Part shown: positions 57,574-64,000 of the stretch, one piece after another
Numbering within the stretch: the first letter of the stretch is position 1
Layout: every line of letters starts with the position of its first letter
Source of the DNA: an uncultured Flavobacteriales bacterium
Lineage (GTDB): Bacteria; Bacteroidota; Bacteroidia; Flavobacteriales_D; Sanyastnellaceae
Length of the DNA stretch: 64,000 nucleotides
Assembly (NCBI GenBank): GCA_943846755.1
Contig: OX044365.1
Coordinates: 2,082,747 to 2,146,746, forward strand
Direction: 5' to 3'
The notes under the pieces: generated by a model
Seen by the model: only the letters and a program-made list of their open reading frames with translations
Told to the model about the DNA's origin: nothing
Database searches by the model: none
Position numbers and translations under genes: made by a program

Positions 57574-58894
57574 TTACTGCGCAGAAAAGGAGATGGAGAC
57601 TCCGCTTTGGGGCGCCCCTTCAGTATGGTCTCCCTTGGTCTGGACACCGTCTCCGTCTTTGAGCTTTCGGCTCAGCAAATCATAAGGCCCAGTGATGACC
57701 GTTGCTCCCACTGGCAATTCCGTGAGAAGCTCGATGACGTTGTTGTCTTGGATGCCGGTTTCAATGTTGTGTTGCACGGCCTTGCCTTCTTCGAGCAGGA
57801 AAATGCACAATGCCGATGGAGCGCCTACTGCTGAGGAAGTGTCTGCCCGCGTGGTGACCGCTTTGATGGGCACGGCGAGCACACTGGGTTTGACCTCTGT
57901 TTCGATCTCCACGGTGGCAGACATGCCGGGACGGAACGGCGTCCAGCTGCTGTCTCGACCAGCGCGTAATTCGCCATAGCTGTCGGGAAGGATGCGGATT
58001 TTAACGCTGAAATTGGTCACGCTCTCTAAGCTGAGCCGCGCAGCGCCGCTAGCGTTGAGTGCAGTATTGCCAATTTCAGTGACCATTCCATAGAAGTTGC
58101 GCTCGGTGTACGCGTCCACTTCGATGCGCGCCGTATCGCCCAGGGCGACCTTGACGATGTCTGATTCGTTGACTTCGACGTCGACCTCCATGGCGCCCAA
58201 TTCAGAAATCTTCATGATCACCTCCCCTTGGAAGGAGCCAATGCCTTGAACCCCTTCACCTTCTTCCTTGACGAGCGCTGTCACGGTGCCAGCTTGGGTG
58301 GCGCGCAGAACGGTTCGGCGCAGGTTGTCCTCGGCTTCGTTGACGGTCGCTTCTGCGCTGCGGATGGTGAAGCCGGCAGACCGCACCCCTTGCTGTGAGG
58401 CTTCAAGATCGGCTTCTGAACTCTTGAAAGCTCACCTCTGCTTGCTCAAAATCCGCTTGACTGAGTACGCCTTTTTCGCGCAGGTCTGAGTTGCGTTTGT
58501 AGGCCAGTTCTGCAGCTGTAAATGCAGCCCGAGATTGGGTAAGCCGGGCCTCGGAAGTGGCCAAGTTTGCACGGGCATTGTCCAACGCAGCTTTGGCCTG
58601 ACTCAGGCGGCTTTCGTAGATGTCGGGGTTGATCCGGGCGATCAAGTCTCCAGTGGCCACACGGTCGCCTTCACGCACGGGAAGTTCTATGAGCTGACCA
58701 CTGACTTCTGCGGAGACCTTGACTTCGACTTCGGGCTGTATGCGCCCTGAGGCGATGACGGTTTCTACGATGCGGTGGCGCCCAATGGCGTCGGTATCAA
58801 CCGCCGGCATTTGAGGCCCTCCACCGACAACGGCAGCGAGCACAATCACCACAAGGACGATCCCGCCTATGATGTAGTAAGTGCGTTTCTTCAT
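57574..58894 (-). pseudogene. HlyD/MacA-family efflux periplasmic adaptor interrupted by a single extra base near 58426
   Basis: Track ORFs 58403..58894 (anchor, lipoyl-like half, coiled coil ...SQADFEQAEVSF) and 57574..58386 (...RSAGFTIRSAEATVNEAEDNLRRTVLRATQAGTVT..., beta-barrel half) are two halves of one adaptor. The downstream frame is open from 58431 and reads (F)KSSEADLEASQQGVRSAG. Removing one base in agc-ttt-c-aag (58432..58423) joins them. Confidence 0.85.
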
Positions 58895-58897
58895 CCC

Positions 58898-60352
58898 TTA
58901 GAAAATATCGAAGCGCAAGCCCCTGCCTGCATAAAAGTCGAGAATCGCGATCCGGAACACCAGGTCGTAACTGGAGCGCAATGCTGTCAGTCTGGCTGAG
59001 TCATAGCGGTTGCGTGCTTGGGTGTATTCAACTTGGGTGGAGGCGCCTTGTTCGAAGCGCAGCTGTGCATTGTCAAATGCGAGTTTGGCTGCGGTTTCAG
59101 ACCGGGCGGCAGCGCCGAGGGTTTCAATGGCGTTGCGCGCATCGCGGTGGGCGCGTTCTACCGACTGTTGGAGTCCTTGTTGGGTTTGCTCCAATTGCAG
59201 TTTGGCTTGCTCAATGCCGACCTGGCTGCGGCGGATTCCATTGCGCACGGACCAACCATTGAAAATGGGTACGGAAAGGCTAAAGAAAAGACTCTGGTTG
59301 ACGTTCTGGGTAATCTGATCCGTGAAGGGCCGCGTCCGGAATTCGTTGTAAGACAAGGCGCTGGAAAGCACGGGTTCCAATGAATTCTCTGTGACTCCAA
59401 TGGTGAACACTTCAAGGGTGGGGTCGCCTATGGGTTCTTGGGCTGCACCTGAGAAACCCGATCCGTAGCTCCAGCTGGTACTAAGCCGGGGCAAGCCTAC
59501 AGTCTTGGCCAGGTCTTTATTGATGTGTTGCTGGCGCACGCGGGATTCTCCAGCCTTAACTTCAGGGAAGTTGGTGAGGGCTGTTTCTAGAATGTTGTCG
59601 ATGGACGGGAGGACATGAACTGTACCCACACTGCTGAGGTCGGGACGAACGATGCTGAGTTTTTCGGCATCTGTTGGACTCAGCCGCATGGTCTGTGCCA
59701 ATTGCAACTTGGCAAGGGCAACCTCTCCTTCGGATGAAATCCGTGCGCTTTGATCTGAGGCGAGCTGGGCCTGTAGGTCGAGCAGGTCAGCTTCGGGGGC
59801 GGCGCCAGCGTCTACGAAAGCGCGAATGCGTGTTACCTGGATCTCCGTAGTCTGCACATTGAGGTCGGCGATCTCCAACGCGTCTTCCGCAAACATCAAC
59901 GAGAGAAAGGCGCTGGCCACTTGCAATGCAATGTCATTGCGGGTTTTGTCGAGGTCAAACCCCGCAGCAATGCGGCGTTCTTCAGCTTGATCCAGCCGCA
60001 GGTGGTTGGACATTCCATTGTAGAGCGTAACTCCTGTGCCGATGCCCACGCTGTTGGACCGGATGCGAGAAGTGGCAAACGAGTTGGTAAAAGGGTCGAT
60101 GGTCTGGCCCCAATTGTAGCCGTGAGAGGCGCTTCCATTGAGCGAAGGCAGGAAGGCGGCCTTGGCCTCATCTACATCGACGTCATTGAGTTCCATGCCA
60201 ATGGTCCCTTGCCTGATCAACAGGTTGTTCTGTTGTGCATGAGAGACAGCGCGGTCCAGGGTCCAGCTCGAAGTCTGGGCCATGCTGGTCACGGTGACAA
60301 GGGTAAAGAAGAGGGCGGTGGTGAAACGAAGGGGACTCTTAAAAGCCATCAT
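58898..60352 (-). CDS. TolC-family outer-membrane efflux protein, about 484 aa
   Basis: Signal peptide MMAFKSPLRFTTALFFTLVTVTSMAQ, then two coiled-coil/barrel repeats typical of TolC. Alternative ATG starts at 60379 and 60349. Confidence 0.85.
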   Translation of the reverse strand: MMAFKSPLRFTTALFFTLVTVTSMAQTSSWTLDRAVSHAQQNNLLIRQGTIGMELNDVDVDEAKAAFLPSLNGSASHGYNWGQTIDPFTNSFATSRIRSNSVGIGTGVTLYNGMSNHLRLDQAEERRIAAGFDLDKTRNDIALQVASAFLSLMFAEDALEIADLNVQTTEIQVTRIRAFVDAGAAPEADLLDLQAQLASDQSARISSEGEVALAKLQLAQTMRLSPTDAEKLSIVRPDLSSVGTVHVLPSIDNILETALTNFPEVKAGESRVRQQHINKDLAKTVGLPRLSTSWSYGSGFSGAAQEPIGDPTLEVFTIGVTENSLEPVLSSALSYNEFRTRPFTDQITQNVNQSLFFSLSVPIFNGWSVRNGIRRSQVGIEQAKLQLEQTQQGLQQSVERAHRDARNAIETLGAAARSETAAKLAFDNAQLRFEQGASTQVEYTQARNRYDSARLTALRSSYDLVFRIAILDFYAGRGLRFDIF

Positions 60353-60431
60353 CGCGGGAAAGCAGGGAGCTGTAGGCATTGCCCTGCGAAAGTACGTCTT
60401 GAGCGCATGGTGCGCACAAGGGTGGTGAAGG

Positions 60432-61184
60432 TCAGTATTCGGTGACCTCTATTTCGACCCTTCTGTTGGCTTCGTGTTGCCAAGCATATATCGGGTCTGG
60501 GAAGAGCAGGGCGTCTGCACCGCCTCCCTTGGCTGTCAGTCTCGAGGGCTCGATTCCGTGGTCTTCGAGCCAGTGGATCATGACGGATGCCCGCTTTACA
60601 CTGGCTTTGCGGTAGAAGCTTCTGGACCGGTGTCCGTCAGCGCCATTCACGTGACCTATGATGTCCAAATTGACCGTGGGGTTTTCTTCCATCCATTTTA
60701 GAAGCTCTTCAGCGACGCCTTGCGACTTGGGGTGAAGGCGGCTCTGATTTCCCAAAAAGTGAATGCCGAGTATGTCGGTCCGTTGCCCCACTTCGAGGGG
60801 TCTGAGGTTCACTTTGATGTTGGGCTCGTGCAGCAAGTCGGGAAAAAATGTCTCGGTATGAAACATGCAGCCTGGCTTGTTTCCAATCAATGTGTGCCTG
60901 CGGTGAGGAACTACACGGAGTACCGTGTCGCTGAGTTGTGACCACCTTCCCGGGCGGCGGCTGTGGTACCCAAAGAGGACAACATCACAAGCGTCAGGGG
61001 TCCCATTCGAGGAGACTGACAACCTGTAACTGCCATATTCAAGTACGGTTTCACTGGGGTCAATGGACCGTTCTGCGTGGAACTGGGCCGAGGAGGGAAG
61101 GACTGATAATAGAATCAGGGACAAGGCGAATAAAACAAGGGCGAAATCACGCCATTGTTCTTTTTTGACAAGCTGGTTAAGCAT
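60432..61184 (-). CDS. OmpA-family (OmpA C-terminal-like domain) protein, 250 aa
   Basis: N-terminal anchor or signal. C-terminal ...LDIIGHVNGADG...SVKRASVMIHWLEDHGIEPSRLTAKGGG...EANRRVEIEV. Confidence 0.8.
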   Translation of the reverse strand: MLNQLVKKEQWRDFALVLFALSLILLSVLPSSAQFHAERSIDPSETVLEYGSYRLSVSSNGTPDACDVVLFGYHSRRPGRWSQLSDTVLRVVPHRRHTLIGNKPGCMFHTETFFPDLLHEPNIKVNLRPLEVGQRTDILGIHFLGNQSRLHPKSQGVAEELLKWMEENPTVNLDIIGHVNGADGHRSRSFYRKASVKRASVMIHWLEDHGIEPSRLTAKGGGADALLFPDPIYAWQHEANRRVEIEVTEY

Positions 61185-61200
61185 GTCTGTAATTTACACA

Positions 61201-61425
61201 TTATTCTACCAAACTCCTATTTTTATAGACGAAATATCCAAAAAACCCGAGGAGTAGGTAAGGGACGGCCATGATGTACAGGATGCCTTGGTTGATGCCA
61301 CGGCCCACGGCACCTTCTGCAGCGCTGTCCTCGGCAACCGCTTTGCACATCACACATTGTCCGAGGGCCACATCGGCAAGCGCCAGTAGCGCAAGGAGCA
61401 GAAACAGTGGCGAGGGACGGCGCAT
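61201..61425 (-). CDS. Small exported/membrane-anchored CxxC protein, 74 aa (not a separate entry in the ORF track)
   Basis: This is the last 74 codons of track ORF 61201..61932: MRRPSPLFLLLALLALADVALGQCVMCKAVAEDSAAEGAVGRGINQGILYIMAVPYLLLGFFGYFVYKNRSLVE. It has a signal peptide, a CxxC motif and a C-terminal transmembrane helix. Its ATG (61425..61423) shares one base with the DUF420 stop (TGATG). Confidence 0.55.
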   Translation of the reverse strand: MRRPSPLFLLLALLALADVALGQCVMCKAVAEDSAAEGAVGRGINQGILYIMAVPYLLLGFFGYFVYKNRSLVE

Positions 61426-61973
61426 CAGTATGGGTAATAGGGCGAGATCATCCAAAAGACAACCACGCCTGTCGCGGTGACATACAGCCAAAGGGGCATC
61501 GTGATTTTGGCTATGCGCCGGTGCCGTTGAATGTCTCCTGCCAGGCCACGCGCGTAGCTGAACAAAGCCAAGGGTACAATGGCCGCCGACAAGAGGATGT
61601 GGCTGACCAGAATGACGAAATAGACGGTCCGGATGGCGCCCTCGCCTCCGAACTTGGTGGATTCGGTCAGCAAGTGAAAGGCCACATAACTGACCAGGAA
61701 CAGCGCAGATAGGGCCAAGGCGGCTGTGTTGAGTGCTTTGTGCCGTGCCACCTTTCCGCGGCGAATGGCCATCAAGGAGGCAGCGAGACAGCAAAACGCA
61801 GTGGCGTTGAGCAGGGCATTGAGACGGGGCAGCCAATACACCTGACGCAAGGTCTCTTCCGAGAGTCCTTCGGCAGGGGGGATGAGGTACAGTCCTGTGA
61901 CGATCAGTGGAACAGCGATGGAGAGGATCCATACAAACCTTTGAACGGCGCGTTGAGGTAGGGCTTGGGTCAT
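61425..61973 (-). CDS. DUF420-family membrane protein (oxidase-assembly associated), 182 aa
   Basis: Four or five helices with conserved His-containing segments (AFHLL, VSHILLS). ATGA overlap with the SCO gene (61970..61973). Confidence 0.85.
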   Translation of the reverse strand: MTQALPQRAVQRFVWILSIAVPLIVTGLYLIPPAEGLSEETLRQVYWLPRLNALLNATAFCCLAASLMAIRRGKVARHKALNTAALALSALFLVSYVAFHLLTESTKFGGEGAIRTVYFVILVSHILLSAAIVPLALFSYARGLAGDIQRHRRIAKITMPLWLYVTATGVVVFWMISPYYPY

Positions 61974-63247
61974 GGCTGAACTTGATCGGCTGCAGGTGTC
62001 TTTTGTTGTGCCAACACTTGCATCAGATGTTCAAACATTTGGTCGACGTCTGAAGTTCTCGTCCCGTCATAAGAACCGCGCAGATGTCCATCAGCATCCA
62101 CAAGAAGGATCTGGTCGCTGTGAAAGAAACCGCCTGCAGCGGTATCGCTCGCAAGGGCCGTGAGCAGATAGCCTTCTTGCAACAAGGGGTAGAGTTCTTC
62201 TTCTGGGCCGGTCAAGAATTTCCATACGCTGGAGTCTGCGCCCAAGCGTTCGCCGTAGCTCCTCATTCGCTCTGGCGAGTCGTTCTCAGGGTCTACAGTA
62301 TGGCTGATGATGCGCACTTCATCTTGTAAACCTGCCGCCCAAAGTTGGTCGTGCACGCGGGCGAGTTGAGAGCTGATGACCGGGCAGATGGTCGGGCATG
62401 AGGTAAAAAACGCATCGACCAACCTCACTTTGCCATTCAAATCGCGGTGGCTGAACTCGGCGCCATTTTGGTCGATGAGGGAAAACTTGGGCACGGTGTA
62501 AGGGGCGTTGCCAAGTTGGGGCCCTAGGAAGGGGAGCGGGGGAGCTGCGGCCCAATCACGCGTTCTCTTTTCCCGTTCTTTTTTGCGCTTCTTGAGCAAG
62601 GCGATGTCCTCAACAGCGTCGCCAATTTCATGCTCGCTGGATGCGAGATACTTCTGTCTCACAAAACCCTTGTCGTCTACCAGCAGCAGGGTCGCAATGT
62701 TGAAACGGTCTGCAGGGTCTCTGGGGATGCCCAATCCTGAATCAATGATGCTGTCAATGTCAGATTGGTTGCCAGTGAGGAAGCGCCATTTGTCGGGGTA
62801 ACGGTTGTACCTCTCGTTCCTTTCAACGTATTCCTGGAGTTTTTTGGGCGTATCGTGTTCTGCATCGAGCGTGAAGCACAGCAGTCCCACATCGGGCTCG
62901 TCTCGGTACCTCCAGTTGGCCCACAAAAGTTGTTGGGTAAATGCGGCGAGCTGTGGCGAGGTGGCGGTGTCCGTAGTCATGAATGCCACCAGCCAGAACG
63001 TGCCTGCCAATGCACTTCTGTCAACGGTTCTTCCCAATTGGTCCTGGAGTGCAAATTCAGGCAGGCGACGCGCGTCTTGCGCGGTAGTGATCCGCTCTCC
63101 TGCTTGATCGAAATAGTCGAGGTCGCTGAATTCGTGCCGCATGCCCTTTCCCAGAAGGAGGAGCAAAAGAAGCGGCAGGCCCGGAAGGGCGACGACAAGA
63201 AAGAAACGGCGCAAGGGTCGGCGCGGAGTGGAATGGCGCTCACCCAT
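61970..63247 (-). CDS. SCO1/SenC-family copper chaperone with tandem thioredoxin-like domains, 425 aa
   Basis: The C-terminal domain has the canonical FFTSCPTICP plus FFHSDQILLVD. The N-terminal domain aligns to the same fold, but the corresponding positions read FMTTDTATSP and FNIATLLLVD. Confidence 0.85.
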   Translation of the reverse strand: MGERHSTPRRPLRRFFLVVALPGLPLLLLLLLGKGMRHEFSDLDYFDQAGERITTAQDARRLPEFALQDQLGRTVDRSALAGTFWLVAFMTTDTATSPQLAAFTQQLLWANWRYRDEPDVGLLCFTLDAEHDTPKKLQEYVERNERYNRYPDKWRFLTGNQSDIDSIIDSGLGIPRDPADRFNIATLLLVDDKGFVRQKYLASSEHEIGDAVEDIALLKKRKKEREKRTRDWAAAPPLPFLGPQLGNAPYTVPKFSLIDQNGAEFSHRDLNGKVRLVDAFFTSCPTICPVISSQLARVHDQLWAAGLQDEVRIISHTVDPENDSPERMRSYGERLGADSSVWKFLTGPEEELYPLLQEGYLLTALASDTAAGGFFHSDQILLVDADGHLRGSYDGTRTSDVDQMFEHLMQVLAQQKTPAADQVQP

Positions 63248-63262
63248 GGTTGCAGCAGCTGA

Positions 63263-63640
63263 TTAGTGGAACATCAGGTCCATCCCATAATGGGCCAACC
63301 CTTCCGTGATCGCAATGAAGATCAGGTACAGGATGAACACGAAATAGGGAATGATGACGGCGTTGCGCAGATTCTTGCGTTCATCGCCGAGGTGCATGAA
63401 GGACATCACGATGTAACCCGCTTTTAAAAGGGTCAGGATGATGAAGGTCCATTTGATGGCTGCCCAAGTGTAGGTCTCAGACCGCTTGAACATGACACCC
63501 ATGCCTACCTCAATGGCCGTAATGACCGAGAGGATCACGGTTACGAGGTAAATCTTTTTACGGATGGCCACGCCTTCCTCCTCGCTGTGGTGAGCGTTGA
63601 GGGCGTAACTGTCGTTTACGATGAGGTCGTCGCGCTCCAT
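63263..63640 (-). CDS. Cytochrome c oxidase subunit IV family protein, 125 aa
   Basis: Three helices and the motif YIVMSFMHLGDERKN. Track ORF trimmed to ATG 63640. Confidence 0.8.
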   Translation of the reverse strand: MERDDLIVNDSYALNAHHSEEEGVAIRKKIYLVTVILSVITAIEVGMGVMFKRSETYTWAAIKWTFIILTLLKAGYIVMSFMHLGDERKNLRNAVIIPYFVFILYLIFIAITEGLAHYGMDLMFH

Positions 63641-63641
63641 G

Positions 63642-64000
63642 TCAGATGAGGTAGAAGAAGGTGAATACAAACACCCAAACGAGGTCGACAAAGTGCCAAT
63701 AGAGGCCTACTTTCTCTACCATTTCGTAGTGCTTGCGGCGTTCCATGACGCGGTTGAGCACCATCAAAAACACCACCAGATTGATGATCACACCGGAGAA
63801 CACATGGAATCCATGGAATCCAGTGATGAAGAAGAAGAAGTTGCTGTAGCCTTGCTGGGTGGCGTACTCACTGTGGTTGATGCCGCCCCAATCTGCACCG
63901 AGCCCTGGGATGGGAGCGCCAAAGGAGAAGTTTTCTGACCGGGCGTTCCAAAGGGCCATCATGGCGTCTCCTTCAAGCTCCGTTTCGTCTTCGATGTACT
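63642..64000 (-). CDS. ctaE: Cytochrome c oxidase subunit III (partial, N-terminus probably beyond the right edge)
   Basis: C-terminal FFFFITGFHGFHVFSGVIINLVVF...GLYWHFVDLVWVFVFTFFYLI. The frame stays open upstream of the Met at 63962 to base 64000 (...YIEDETELEGDAMM). Confidence 0.85.
   Translation of the reverse strand, partial: YIEDETELEGDAMMALWNARSENFSFGAPIPGLGADWGGINHSEYATQQGYSNFFFFITGFHGFHVFSGVIINLVVFLMVLNRVMERRKHYEMVEKVGLYWHFVDLVWVFVFTFFYLI

Noticed and set aside
61189-61196. TAAATTAC, 4 nt before the OmpA-family ATG, as a fourth leaderless-type box
   Set aside because: Two mismatches to TAnnTTTG, including the conserved TTTG part. Too weak to call.
61201-61932. 243-aa minus-strand ORF overlapping the DUF420 gene
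   Set aside because: The first ~170 codons are an Arg/His/Pro-rich alternative frame of the DUF420 gene. Only the last 74 codons, after the DUF420 stop, look like a real gene.

Overview
Densely packed, GC-rich (roughly 55-60% by eye, not computed) chromosomal segment with the hallmarks of Bacteroidota. It carries the giant T9SS translocon gene sprA, a PorP/SprF gene, proteins ending in type A and type B T9SS sorting domains, TAnnTTTG -7 promoter boxes, a stand-alone atpD-atpC pair and a cytochrome oxidase assembly cluster. I call 51 protein-coding genes. Two are interrupted by single-base frameshifts and two are cut by the window edges; one of these, a 1424-codon PKD adhesin at 1..4272, is absent from the ORF track. 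I also call 3 intrinsic terminators and several candidate promoters. I saw no rRNA, tRNA, CRISPR array, transposase, integrase, phage or recognisable defence genes, and no non-coding gap longer than about 200 bp. Genes are often fused by ATGA or TGATG stop/start overlaps. The loci most worth a second look are: (1) a four-gene envelope thiol-redox / outer-membrane operon (4353..8036) next to a T9SS-exported thioredoxin-fold protein; (2) an mbnP-mbnH-like pair co-transcribed with an Nramp-like transporter whose canonical Asp/Asn ligands read Gly/His (44470..47641); (3) a tandem SCO protein with a ligand-less first domain plus an unannotated 74-codon CxxC membrane ORF in the oxidase cluster; (4) +1 frameshifts in ahcY and a HlyD/MacA adaptor gene only 3.2 kb apart; (5) -7 boxes placed 3-4 nt before ATG codons, suggesting leaderless mRNAs. 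All family assignments come from reading motifs by eye; no database search was run.
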